Part shown: positions 43,621-56,333 of the stretch, in pieces
Layout: each line of letters begins with the position of its first letter
Position numbering within the stretch: the first letter of the stretch is position 1
NCBI GenBank assembly: GCA_964016885.1
Contig: CAXHJY010000883.1
Location: forward strand, 9,897-73,896
Length of the DNA stretch: 64,000 nucleotides
Reading direction: 5' to 3'
Origin: Eledone cirrhosa
Lineage: Eukaryota
Made by a program: the position numbers and the translations under genes
Notes under the pieces: generated by a model
What the model was told of the DNA's origin: nothing
Databases searched by the model: none
The model's input: only the letters and a program-made list of their open reading frames with translations

Positions 43621-44027
43621 GAGAGATGACCCCTTAGCCTTTGTCAAGGCAGAATTCTAGGAGAAGGAAAACTCTGATATAACACCTGCAACTCTGATGG
43701 TATCCAATGATGTTGACTTGTTCTTCTTTTTGGTAAATATCATCTTGGTTAAGAGAGTGGGACTGGCTTTGTGCAGTGCCTTTGCTCACTATAAAAGCTT
43801 CACGGCACAGGCATTGCTTTATATCTGGAGATCTCTCTGCACTTGTCGTCACATGGTACCAAAGGCAAAGCACTATGTGTCAATAATTGTCACAAGTGTA
43901 GTGTTTGTACCAGAGTTTTCAAGTCGCTGGCTGGACTAAAAAGTCACACTCGTTCAGCGCATCGGTAGGGGTTCTCCTACATGGATATAAAGTAGTGGCC
44001 GTACTCGAAAACGAGTTGGCAGCCACC
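43621..44027 (+). mobile_element. 5'-truncated family A element with (TATG)n tail
   Basis: Matches 33325-33731. Followed by about 100 bp of pure (TATG)n. Confidence 0.88.
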
Positions 44028-44125
44028 ATGTATGTATGTATGTATGTATGTATGTATGTATGTATGTATGTATGTATGTATGTATGTATGTATGTATGTA
44101 TGTATGTATGTATGTATGTATGTAT

Positions 44126-44369
44126 GCAAATCTGGTCTCAGGAGCCACAGTCGCAGCCATGTTCAAGGAGAACCAGTGAATATGATCTCCACGGTGTTGT
44201 GAGGGTTTACGGGCAACTTGATGCAGGACCTCAAGCCAGGGAGATCCATAATTGTCGTCAATATGTGAAGGAGTGCAAGTCTCTAGCAAGCTTGAAAAGC
44301 CATATCCCAGCGTCACACATCTGAATCTGACAAGCGATTACAATACTCTTGGCATAGTTTGCAGCCATC
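44126..44369 (+). pseudogene. 3' end of an RTE-like LINE with degenerate C2H2 finger and UTR
   Basis: HNCRQYVKECKSLASLKSHIPASH*, then aatctgacaagcgattacaatactc..agtttgcagccatc. Confidence 0.6.
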
Positions 44370-44408
44370 ATGTAAATATTTATGTATGTGTATATGCATG
44401 TGTGTGTA

Positions 44409-44445
<37 letters not shown>

Positions 44446-44721
44446 GTGTGTGTGTGTGTGTGTGTGTGTGTAAATAGATGTCATCTCATTTATCCTAATA
44501 AATTAGAAACTGTTGTTTGTAATTAATATTTAAGTGCTTTTAGATATCAATGGATATATCATACATATATATATATATACATACATATATATATATATAT
44601 ACATTTATATATATATATACATGTATATGCATATATATATACAATTATATATACATATATATAAACACACACACACACACATATATATATATACATATAT
44701 GTGTAATTTTGTCCATATACA

Positions 44722-44758
<37 letters not shown>

Positions 44759-44770
44759 TTAATTATGTAT

Positions 44771-44862
<92 letters not shown>

Positions 44863-45254
44863 ATAAATCACTAAAACAAACAATATACAGCTAATGTTAA
44901 TTGCAGGTTTACGACAATCAACGTTTTAGTTAGTCAGTCTTGTGTAAAATATTTATGATATCAACACTGGATTTTCTGCTTGGTGAGTCCTGGCTGTTTC
45001 CTTTCAATCTGTCACGACACAATGAAAAGCTGTTACGTCTCTTCAGAGATGGCATCGTTGATGCGTTGGTGCGATAAACCAATACACCCACGCTCGTTGC
45101 CGCCGCCCACACCCTCTCCTCGCGTCCACTCATTACCTTCTATATTGAAAGCGATGTCCTCCTCTCACCCTTCTCTTTCTTTGCCTCACAGACCTGTCAA
45201 CTGTCCCCTGTCCGACGGGAAGATCTCCCACCCACTTTATGGAGTGGGTGGATG

Positions 45255-45747
45255 AGCGTTGTCTTCTCTTGTGAAAATGGGTATAGCTTATAGAGTTGTC
45301 TTCTCTTGTGAAAATGGGTATAGCTTATAGAGTTGTCTTCTCTTGTGAAAATGGGTATAGCTTACAGTGTTGTCTTCTCTTGTGAAAATGGGTATAGCTT
45401 ATAGAGTTGTCTTCTCTTGTGAAAATGGGTATAGCTTATAGAGTTGTCTTCTCTTGTGAAAATGGGTATAGCTTATAGAAATGTCTTCAGCTTATAGCGA
45501 TGTGTTCTTTTGTGAAAATGGGTATAACTTATAAAGATCTCTTGTGAAAATGGGTACAGCTTATAGAGTTGTCTTCTCTTGTGAAAATGGGTATAGCTTA
45601 TAGAGTTGACTTCTCTTGTGAAAATGGGTATAGCTTATATAGATGTCTTCTCTTGTGAAAATGGGTATAGCTTATAGAGTTGTCTTCTCTTGTGAAAATG
45701 GGTATAGCTTATATAGATGTCTTCTCTTGTGAAAATGGGTATAGCTT
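45255..45747. repeat. 37 bp minisatellite, about 13 copies
   Basis: Unit gagttgtcttctcttgtgaaaatgggtatagcttata. ttgtc starts at 45259 and 45296. Confidence 0.95.
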
Positions 45748-46078
45748 TCATTATGTAAAAATCTCCCTATTTTGCCTCGTTTTCCCCCGTTTTGGGGCAC
45801 TTTTTTTTCATTGTATTCCCCATTTAGGTTTTTAGAGGTTGGTAGATCTGGCCTCACTCCACCTTGCCTCGCCTCGCCTCAACTGCTTATCGATCACTTC
45901 GAGTCATAAAAAAAGTTACAGTGTAGGTGACGCACAGGAAGAGAAAAGTAGGCCTGTAGTAACAGGCATGTCTGAACGGTGTGGTAATATCGAGACGACA
46001 GAATCTCGTAACGGGAGAGGTGATAGATCGCGGCAAAAGTAGTGAGCAGTTTAACAAAGGAGGAAGAGGGTGAGATAG

Positions 46079-46128
<50 letters not shown>

Positions 46129-46246
46129 TTAAAATGCTTTAGTATATGCATGATTAAACGAAATAATACATTTGCAAGCACGTATGCGTCCCCGCCCATT
46201 TTTTCCATCTTAATAGGTGTAGCAAAAATATATATGTAAATGTATG

Positions 46247-46285
<39 letters not shown>

Positions 46286-46307
46286 ATAAAGACATATATA
46301 TATATTC

Positions 46308-46368
<61 letters not shown>

Positions 46369-46450
46369 GTTAAAGTGTTTTCATATATGTATTAACCAAG
46401 TCCGTGGGCGTTACAATGCATTTTTTAACCCTTTTATCCGTGGTTGTGAA

Positions 46451-46539
<89 letters not shown>

Positions 46540-46546
<7 letters not shown>

Positions 46547-46652
46547 AAGTTAAATAAAAGTCAAATGATTAAAATTTAGCTTCGTTTATTATTAAATAAA
46601 CGAAGCTAAATTTTAAATTTTAATCATTTGACTTTTATTTAACTTTATTTTA
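46540..46652. repeat. AT-rich palindrome with about 90 bp unique 3' extension, between (TA)n arrays
   Basis: taaaataaagttaaataaaagtcaaatgattaaaatttagcttcgtttattta is mirrored around 46592. Confidence 0.85.
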
Positions 46653-46742
46653 CACTACTCCGGAGTAACCAAACCAACCTGCGCACTTCGTCGAGTGCTC
46701 CAGCCGGCATACTGAGGTGTTGGTATACAACCAACATAAACT

Positions 46743-46781
<39 letters not shown>

Positions 46782-47257
46782 AGGTCATTCGGTAGGTGTG
46801 TAGATATATAGGTAGCTTGGTAAACGGACAGATAGAAAAGTAGATAGTTAGCTAGCTATGTAGGTAGGTAGGTAGGTAGGTAGGTAGGTAGACAAATAGA
46901 TCATAAATTCTATGTAAATGTCTGAAGTAATGCTTTGCAAAAGCTTAAAACAAAAGAGTAAAGTGTTTCAGCCAATAGAAACGGCTATAGGTTTCGCTTA
47001 AGGTGTCTTCCACAACAGAATGCAAGGTGCAAAAGAAATAAAGAGACCAAAATGACATTATAGTTTTACTGAAACATTATACACGACAATATTGTGTAAA
47101 GGGGAATATAAAATAGAGTTAAACAGAACAAAATATAAAATGTTTACAGTTATGTGAAATGGAATTTGAAAAAAATATATATAACGTTAAAAGCCTAATA
47201 TATATTTATGTATGTTATGTTATGTTATGTTATGTTATGTTATGTTATGTATGTATG

Positions 47258-48972
47258 TTCTTCTGGTTTTATAATTTCACAAATTTGTTCCCAATAGAGA
47301 GAGAGCCGGTTTCTAGCATAGACGCAAGACTCTCTCATTGGAATTTACACAGCATCAACTAGGTAGATATGTATGTATGTATGTATGCATGCATGAGTAG
47401 ATATGGATGTTATTGTATGTGTGGATGTGGATGTTTTGAGTTGTATGTGTGCATGTGTATATGCTTTGCATCTGTACATGTGTATATGCAGTTATTAGAT
47501 GCAAAATTTTTGGAATGTTTTACATATGTTTACTGTTCCATTAATGGATTGTACTTGTAATTTCCTAACTAGTTGTGTTTTTTCTGTTCCTGTGAAGCCC
47601 AGCTTCTCAAGATTTATATTGAGTCAGTTACTAACATATCCCAGTGCCCCAATAATCACAGGCAACAATCTGAAGGTGTAATCAGGGTGGGTATCTGCAG
47701 ATTTCTCATCAGTTCTGCATAAATATTCTCCTTTTCACTAATCTTTGATATATATATTGGCATCTGCTGGGCAGCTAATTTCCACAACTTTGCATGTTTT
47801 CTTCTCCCTGTCCCATATCATAATATCTGGTCTGTTATGCCTGCATTTTATTAGGGTTTTTACTGAAACATTCCACCAGTACTCTTTCATATTATGTACA
47901 TGGATGTCTTCCACATTGCTGTAGCTTTTAATGTGTTTATTATCGGGGCTATCTGTTTTACGAACTGCATTGTACAGTGTTTTGGCAACTACATCATGCC
48001 TCATAGGAAGATAGTGCCGCGATGACATCTTTGGACAGCTACTGATGACATGGGTGATATCCTCGATGTTAGTTCTGCAGAGTCTGCACTTGTTATCACA
48101 TCTAGGTGTTTTGCCTGCATCCCTATCTCTTTTGTGAATCAGGTATTTCGTGTTAATCTCCTGTTCCTGGATTGCAAAAGCGTATCCTTCAAAGTAGGAG
48201 CTAATATAGCGGTTATTGGTCCAAGATAGACTACTTTCCTTATCTATATTACTCTCACTCTGGAGCTTCCTGGCAACATATCCATGCATGGTGTTTTGCT
48301 GATAGGCATGCAGTTTTTCATCCATGGATTCACTGCAATACTGCTGAGCGACATCCCTGGGTGTGAGTTTTTGATTATCACACAGGGAATATCTCTCGAG
48401 GAGTTCCTTCCCAACTCTCATGATCTTATCTGTTTCATGCAGATAGACTGCTCGAGAAACGGGCTCCTACGCTTCAAGGTTCGTAGATGTTGTCGGAGAG
48501 ATATGATGCGACATTCAAATGTTGTCTGGACTGATGTTAGGCCTCTGCCTCCTTGCTTACGTTTCAAGTAAAGACGGTCTATGTCACTGTTGATGTGGAA
48601 GTTTCCGGTGTTGTTCAGTATTTTCGAGTTCCAACATCAACTGCTCGGATTACGTCTATCGTCCAATTGAGTATTACAAACGTTGGTGTTAGGACAGGCA
48701 CAGCAAACACATTGTGAGCCACTGTTTTGTTTTGCGCAGAGAGCTCCGATGACCAGATCTTTCTTAATCGGGTATAGTATTTCCTGGTTACGCGTTCTTT
48801 ATTACAGATGCCATTATAGGATATGTTCTCATCTATCCCCAGGTACCTGGAGCAGTCCTCATCAGATATTGGTGAAACAGTTAGGCCATTGATGACAATG
48901 TTGCTAGATTGAGTTGTTGTTTTCCCCCACTTTACAGTCATGTATGAGCATTTATCTTGGCCAAACTCCATT
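47258..48972 (-). pseudogene. R4/Dong-type non-LTR retrotransposon, 5'-truncated and frameshifted: RT C-terminus, CCHC finger, RLE
   Basis: MEFGQDKCS, RYLGI, FAVPVLT, FAIQEQEINT, CRLC..EDITHVISSC, RHDVVA, HNRPDIMIWD..VVEISCP. 3' UTR hairpin at 47291-47341 and a (CATA/CATAA)n tail. Confidence 0.88.
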
Positions 48973-49080
48973 CCTACGAGTTAATAAATTAACGAGCCAG
49001 AACAAATATAAACAAGGTTTAGTAAATAATGAAAAGGTTTCAAAATAAATTTTAAAAAATTGACTTTACCTACTATAGTT

Positions 49081-49164
49081 ACCTTTACCGATCGGTTTCG
49101 AATCCCAAAAATAAAACGGAGACCATACGGCCTTCGTTGCAAAGAGAGATTCTCGTCAGAAGGT
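49081..49164 (-). ncRNA. Type I hammerhead with 53 nt stem II domain
   Basis: acctt CTGACGA gaatct...ggattc GAAA ccgatcgg TA aaggt. Palindromic ACCGATCGGT. Confidence 0.85.
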
Positions 49165-49666
49165 TCTTTTCATTCAAAGAATATAAAATTCCTGAATTTA
49201 AATCACAAACTAGCGCTATCAAAGACTGTTCCTGGGATGAGAGTGGATGATGTAGAACAGGTTTATCAAGGGCCGTAGTAAAGATAGAGGCAAAAGGAGG
49301 TAGGTCAAACTAGCCACCGCTGTTGTCAGCAGCAGTCGGAATGACCCGGTTTGTTCTCAACGTTTGTGGAGGTAGTAGTAATATGAAATACGTCCCTTCA
49401 CGCACAAGGCGCCAAGGTACGCATGTATTGTCCAACCAAGTGCCAGTGTGGTTCAATGGCGGGTTAATAAATTAACGAGCCAGAACAAATATAAACAAGG
49501 TTTAGTAAATAATGAAGCTAGTTTGACCTACCTCCTTTTGCCTCTATCTTTACTACGGCCCTTGATAAACCTGTTCTACATCATCCACTCTCATCCCAGG
49601 AACAGTCTTTGATAGCGCTAGTTTGTGATTTAAATTCAGGAATTTTATATTCTTTGAATGAAAAGA

Positions 49667-49750
49667 ACCTTCTGACGAGAATCTCTCTTTGCAACGAAGG
49701 CCGTATGGTCTCCGTTTTATTTTTGGGATTCGAAACTGATCGGTAAAGGT
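49667..49750 (+). ncRNA. Type I hammerhead (inverted-arm copy)
   Basis: acctt CTGACGA gaatct...ggattc GAAA ctgatcgg TA aaggt. Confidence 0.83.
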
Positions 49751-49852
49751 AACTATAGTAGGTAAAGTCAATTTTTTAAAATTTATTTTGAAACTTTTTC
49801 ATTATTTACTAAACCTTGTTTATATATATATATATATATATATATGTGCATA

Positions 49853-50028
49853 TATAGGAACAAGTATGACCCCGACGGCAGAATGACCCCTATTCCAGAA
49901 ATAGCCGTCGAAACGGCTTGAGCTCTGCCGTCGGGGTCATACTTGTTCCTATTACCCACTCTACTACCATAAGTATTGAGTACTTTGGTGCGTTATGGTC
50001 CATCTGGTTCCTTACCACAATTCCTTCG

Positions 50029-50031
<3 letters not shown>
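49853..50031 (+). mobile_element. H2-family fold-back fragment
   Basis: ataggaacaagtatgaccccgacggcaga (49854-49882) is inverted at 49924-49952, followed by the H2 3' end. Confidence 0.85.
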
Positions 50032-50068
<37 letters not shown>

Positions 50069-50102
50069 GTACACACATGTGAGTGTGTGTGCATGTATGT
50101 GT

Positions 50103-50146
<44 letters not shown>

Positions 50147-50577
50147 CACACAACACGCACAAACTAAACTAGAGCTCTTTAACGTTAGTGATCTCACATA
50201 AAATTTATACCGTATTTTTTTTTATATTCATCCGAACATCCATTGATAATACTTATAATAAATCCTTCTATTCTCCCGTTTAAAGTATATTGTTGTAATG
50301 GCGGTTTATTGGCAGTTTGTTGATTCGTTGGTGAACTACATTACACCTTCTCGCTAGTCATGTGGGTAGTAAACGGGTGCGGAAATCATGTCAACAATGG
50401 AACTTATTTCCATATTTTAAATTGCATAAATTGTATATATTTGTATATATTAAGTTGAAAGAATCCCTCACAGACATTATATATATACTGTATATATATA
50501 TACTGTATATATATATATATATATATATATTTATTTATTAATAAAATCAGAATTTTTTTTCTCCTGTGCATACTTAC

Positions 50578-50646
<69 letters not shown>

Positions 50647-50765
50647 TATATATATATATATATAAAGTTATATATATATATATAAAGTTATATATATAAA
50701 TTATATATATATATAAAGTTATATATATATATAAATTATATATATATATAGTTATATATATATAT

Positions 50766-51135
50766 ATGTAGGGGCGCCCAAAGGAGAACTGAGTGCAATG
50801 TCAACTCTGGATGTCGGTGAGCATGTCCAGCCAACCTCAGTCTCCTCTGTGTCACTTTTGAGCTGACTTTTGGGATGCTCCCATACAGCTCTGAGTTTTT
50901 CATCCTCAGTGTATACTGATTAATGTTCAGAGCCATCCTCAGCATTCTCGTGTAGCACCCATCCACCATCTGGACACACTAGAAGAGGAAGACCAAGGTT
51001 AACATATGTTGATGCCCTAAGGACAGACACTGGTCTGTTGGAGATGCAGGATATGGCAGCGATAATGAGGGACAGAGACCGCTGGAGAGAACTCGTCCAT
51101 GGATCTCGGGAATTTTACCCGCCTTAGATAGATAG
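50766..51135. pseudogene. RTE LINE 3' end with 5' inversion
   Basis: 50766-50969 minus strand: VDGCYTRMLRMALNI...VLLWAPLH. 50970-51126 plus strand: GHTRRGRPRLTY...EFYPP*. (AGAT)n tail. Confidence 0.88.
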
Positions 51136-51188
51136 ATATATATATATAAATTATATATATATATAAAGTTATATATATATATATAAAG

Positions 51189-51222
<34 letters not shown>

Positions 51223-51569
51223 TATATATATATATATATATATATAAATTATATATATATATAAAGTTATATATATATATATACAAAGTTATATATATAT
51301 TTATAAAGTTATATATATATATTTATAAAGTTATATATATATATTTATAAAGTTATATATATATAAAGTTATATATATATATAAAGTTATATTTATTATA
51401 TATTTATTATATATTTATTATATATATATATATTATACATATTATATTTATTATATATTTATTATATATATATATATAAAGTTATATATATATATATATA
51501 AAGTTATATATAAATTATATATATAATGTTATATATATATAAAGTTATATATATATAAAGTTTTATATA

Positions 51570-51606
<37 letters not shown>

Positions 51607-52090
51607 CACATTTATATATATCTAACAGTATATATAAAGTTATATATAAATTATATATATATATACACATTTATATATATCTAACAGTATATATAAAGTT
51701 ATATATAAATTATATATATATATATATACACATTTATATATATAATCAGTTATATATATATAAAGTTATATATAAATTATATATATATATATATACACAT
51801 TTATATATATAAACAGTTATATATATATATGTATGTATGTATACATTTATATATATAAACCGCTATATATATATATATATATATTCACATACATTTATAT
51901 ATATAAACAGTTATATATATAAATGATATAGGTATATATGTAAATATAAATAAATATACATATATATAGAAATAAACATGATCTCATCAGATATTTTCTT
52001 ACATAATAAACTTAAGTTCTCGAGGCTATCCAAATTATAACAAGAGAACGGGTAAAGATAATCTATTTGAAGCCTTCGCCTGTTCCCTTA

Positions 52091-52983
52091 TCTATATATA
52101 TAAAACTGTGGTTGTCTGTCTGTCTATCGATTTTTGGCACACATCTCCTCTTAGAATCTCTCACGGAATTGCACCGAAATTGCTATACTTGTACATTGAG
52201 CCCTAGCGAAGACATCGGAAAAAAAAAATTTCAAATTGACCCACCCTATGTGACGAAATCGAATATAATGTATCGATTTTTGAGCGTAAGTGATCAGTTA
52301 TTTCCCTTTGTTCTATTTACATTGAGCGTCTTACGTAAAAAATTACGCTGGCTTTAACAGTTGTCGAGCCAGCAAAATATTGACCTGCAAAATTCATCAG
52401 TTCGAACACTAAGCTTCCGTTTTGCTTCATTTCCATTTAAAAGCATTTTAAAACAATATTTTTACTTGAAAACAAGTCTATTTAAAGACTACGTAAAACA
52501 AGCAAATATTTCGTCGTTAGGCGTGCAGACAGACAGTCGTGCAGACAGACAGTCGTGCAGACAGACAGTCGTGCAGAGAGGTGATATAGGCGTGCAGACA
52601 GACAGTCGTGCAGAGAGGTGATATAGGCGTGCAGACAGACAGTCGTGCAGAGAGGTGATATAGGCGTGCAGACAGACATAACTGATAATTTGGTTACGCT
52701 AATGTTTTTCTCTGCGTTGCAGTGTTTACATTTTCGATCTTTGTTAATAAATAACCAGTGCAGTTTCTATCCCCAGCATCCTCTTTTGTTATAACATTCG
52801 GGTTATCGTTATGTTTTCTTAACTTCATAAGGCATATTGTTGGTTGAGGGAATATTAATCAAAAACACCACATGCAAGTCTGCACAGTAGACACTACAGT
52901 TTTTAAGCCAAGAAAGAAACTTAACATTGTAACTTTAACACAGCTACTGAGCGACCCCGAGCAACGCCGGGCTTTACTGCTAG
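52091..52983 (+). mobile_element. Complete non-autonomous Helitron (893 bp)
   Basis: Host A then TCTATATATATAAAA at the 5' end. Subterminal hairpin ccccgagcaacgccggg at 52955-52971, then CTAG and host T. No TSD. Internal 17/37 bp minisatellite at 52520-52678. Confidence 0.88.
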
Positions 52984-53129
52984 TATATATATATAGTTGT
53001 TATATAGTAAGGTGTATTATTGCGTGTGTAAAACGGTCCAATAACTTTATGTTAGCAATATTAAGTTCTCCACGCTTTTGTATATCTCCAATTCCCTTCA
53101 AGGGAGCAGCTAGATGATGTAAAACGGAG

Positions 53130-53537
53130 TATAAGTATGAAAATGAAAATCCGAAGGCAAGGTAAAATTCCAATCATTTTAATCACGACACATGTTTCAA
53201 TAAGAGATAGATCGATCGTAAAGCCATGATTAATTATCACTGAACTCCTCAGGTGAAAATGAATTGTCTTCAAATTCTTGACATGGGGGAGATAATTAGC
53301 AATGTTCACTCACAGAGAACATATTCTAACAGTATGTATTCTCCTATGAGGGAATAAACTCTGTGAGTGAAGATTGCTAATTTTCTCCCTCATCTCAAGA
53401 ATTTGAAGACAATTCATTTTCACCTGATGAGATCAGTGATAATTCATCATGGCTTTACGATCGATCTATCTCTTATTGAAACATGTGTCGTGATTAAAAT
53501 GATTGGAATTTTACCTTGCCTTCAGATTTTCATTTTG
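53130..53537. mobile_element. Fold-back hammerhead element; motifs at 53183-53256 (-) and 53420-53493 (+)
   Basis: Arms at about 53141-53317 and 53358-53537. tcac CTGATGA gat...att GAAA catgtg TC gtga (left arm has CTGAGGA). The stem II base is weak. Confidence 0.75.
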
Positions 53538-53713
53538 ATATATATATATATATATATATAAGGGAACAAGGTTCTGATACCATCAACACCATAAACACAG
53601 AGCTGGCACATCTAAAGAACTGACTAACTGCCTGATGAAGTCAAGTCAAACGAAACATAAGTAAATATATATATTTCTTGGTGCAATACTTGCTAATATA
53701 TATATATATATAT

Positions 53714-53791
53714 ATGAAAGGATTACAAAGGTGAATACATACAGTTAGAACATATTCTAACAGTATGTATTCTCCTTTGCAATCCTTTCAT
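53714..53791. repeat. Imperfect palindrome sharing 30 bp with 53316-53346
   Basis: tgaaaggattacaaaggtgaatacatacagttagaa-cata-ttctaacagtatgtattctcctttgcaatcctttca. Confidence 0.8.
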
Positions 53792-53970
53792 TTGTAACCG
53801 CTCTGCTTATATTCTCGCCCACTAAATATTAACGCCTCCGATATTTAACTCTGTAGGCACAAGTATTGAGCACAAATGCACCAGCTTTGGGCAGCTAACT
53901 ATATGTATCGCTTATCCCTTTAAACCTCTACTCTCTCACGATACTAAAATATTCTATTATATATATATGA

Positions 53971-54181
53971 TGTGAGAAAAACCACAGACCCTCCATCTCA
54001 ACTCTACTTTTGAAAAGCAGAAGAACTGCGAAACCGGTAAAGGAACCAAATAAATATATATATTTTTTTAAAAAAATAAGACTCCAGTTGCAATTTCGAT
54101 TTCATCTTTTTTTTCTTTATACTTTCACTCGTGTAGGACACCTCGGTTATTTTTCATTTTGTAAAAAAAACCTCACTTTCT
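53971..54181 (+). mobile_element. H6-family element; U3-A8 hammerhead at 54007-54042
   Basis: ctt TTGAAAA gcag-aagaa-ctgc GAAA ccgg TA aag. Near-identical to 63107-63316. Confidence 0.82.
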
Positions 54182-54204
54182 AATATATATAAATATATAT
54201 ATAC

Positions 54205-54253
<49 letters not shown>

Positions 54254-54254
54254 C

Positions 54255-54302
<48 letters not shown>

Positions 54303-54307
<5 letters not shown>

Positions 54308-54500
54308 ATATTAACAAATGGAAACTATATTTATAAAACCATATTTATTTCATTATACATATTTCAAGGGCCACCAGAGCAAACTATGGTGCGCTTTCAT
54401 CAGATAAAATATAATATATTTACTCCAGTAATTTGTTGAGTGCTTTATATCAGTTATAAAAATATTTTCCTTGTTGTATCCCAACAAATTAAATATAACC
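54303..54500. mobile_element. H4-family 5'-inverted copy; hammerhead on minus strand at 54346-54411
   Basis: tattttat CTGATGA aagcgcaccatag-tttg-ctctggtggccctt GAAA tatgta TA atgaaata. Stem II sequence differs from other copies but still pairs. Confidence 0.82.
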
Positions 54501-54503
54501 TCT

Positions 54504-54596
<93 letters not shown>

Positions 54597-54679
54597 CAAG
54601 TATTGCACCAAGAAAAATATAAACATAGGTGAGAAAAGAAATTAGGAATGTATTTGTTTTAACATATGTTAATGTCTGT

Positions 54680-54748
<69 letters not shown>

Positions 54749-55025
54749 GTGTGTGTGTGTGTGTGTGTGTCGGATGGTAGCTAAGATGCTTCCATAGGCG
54801 GTATGCCGGTTGATTACTCTAAGCTCTTACAGAGCAGAGTATGATAGAATATAGAACGAAAAATCAGTGATGCATCTGAACTCAATTTATTGTGTGTTAC
54901 AATTGTTTCGCCGGCGGACAGCTCGAGACGCTATCATTGTGTGGATCTGTCTGATTATGGACTCGCAGGTTCGAGTGACACGTCTAATGATTTCGGAGCA
55001 AGAATATGCTCCGAAATCATTTTTC

Positions 55026-55060
<35 letters not shown>

Positions 55061-55254
55061 GAAAACAGGGAGAAAGAGACGATTATGAGGAAGAAAAATA
55101 TTTTTCATTCCTTTTTTTGTCTCTCTCTCTCTTTTTTCTGGGTTAGAAAATGATTAAAACGAAATGTTTTACTTTGTGTGAAGTGTTAAGGTATTATTTG
55201 ATTTATTTATTATTTAACAATGGCATTTATTTATCTATTTATATATTTAATTAT

Positions 55255-55290
<36 letters not shown>

Positions 55291-55454
55291 AGAAAAAAGA
55301 GAATCAGTTGCGACGAAAGGAATTTATTGGACATATTACAATTGTTTCTCGGGCGACCAGCTCGAGGCACGATCGATGTGGTGACCAAACCTGACTCTGA
55401 TATCGCACGGTACACGGATACTTATCGATTCTACGAAGCAGATTTTCCTCTTCG

Positions 55455-55514
<60 letters not shown>

Positions 55515-55516
<2 letters not shown>

Positions 55517-55658
55517 CGAAGAGGGTACAGGAAGATACCAGGTGAACCATAACGCACCAGCGTACTCAATGCTTAAGGTAGTAGAGTGGGTAATATGAAA
55601 AGAGTCAGGACCCCGATCTATCGGTCGAAACGACCGGAGCTCAACCGCCGGAGTCCTG
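55515..55658 (-). mobile_element. H2-family fragment with short fold-back
   Basis: aacgaag...ccataacgcacc..gtagtagagtgggtaata..caggacccc, then inverted gtcgaaacgaccggagctc..gtcctg. Confidence 0.75.
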
Positions 55659-56096
55659 TGATGTTTTTGCTTTTGTTTTTGCTTGTGATTTTTGGGCTTG
55701 TACTTTTTACTTATACCTACTATACTTCCAACCAGTGCTGCCTGTAATTGTGTTCTTTCAAGCAGAACATCTTTTTGACTCCTGACTTTCCACATGATGC
55801 CTTTGACACTAATAACAATTATGTACCTTAAATGTTCTAAATGACTGGGACTTTAGTTACATGTTTCGACATTTCTAATGGTCCGATGATTCCAGACTTC
55901 CCTCTGGAAGAATCAATTGTCAGCTAATGAATGTTCTAAACTAAAATTTGATCGTTTCAACGCTGTGTATCTCGGCTCTGTAAAACACTTGAAAATTTGC
56001 ATTGAGCCTTTTGTCATACCGGTAACCGGCTGGTACTTTGTACTACCCTCCATATTTATAGTTATATCACACATATATAAATATAAATATACTTAT

Positions 56097-56160
<64 letters not shown>

Positions 56161-56165
<5 letters not shown>

Positions 56166-56282
56166 GTGAAAGCAACTGGTGCGTATGTTTCTTATTGGCA
56201 ACATGACCCTCCCAAAGTATAACAATATCGGTTTCAACACACGATTTCAGATAAAGAATCTTGCTAAACGAATTCAGAAACG

Positions 56283-56288
<6 letters not shown>
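56161..56288 (+). mobile_element. H3 pseudo-LTR 3' fragment (no hammerhead)
   Basis: Reverse complement of 8597-8720. Confidence 0.85.

Positions 56289-56333
<45 letters not shown>

Larger units (their letters stand above)
48980..49823. mobile_element. Hammerhead element: 483 bp monomer with 54 bp terminal redundancy plus a 307 bp inverted copy
   Basis: gttaataaattaacgagcc...aataatgaa occurs at 48980 and 49463. 49517-49823 is the reverse complement of about 49007-49314. Confidence 0.9.

Noticed and set aside
44930-45255. Possible host exon (short ORFs on both strands)
   Set aside because: No recognisable domain and no convincing splice pair.
39290-45747. CRISPR-like appearance of the 14 bp and 37 bp arrays
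   Set aside because: Head-to-tail repeats with no unique spacers and no cas genes, in a eukaryotic context.
53626-53665. CTGATGA..GAAA motif
   Set aside because: Stem II is only 2 bp and stem I is poor. Probably a decayed hammerhead, so not listed as a feature.
55660-55830. Possible old R4-type C-terminus (LQAALVGS); similar at 63551-63770
   Set aside because: Similarity is too weak to support by eye.
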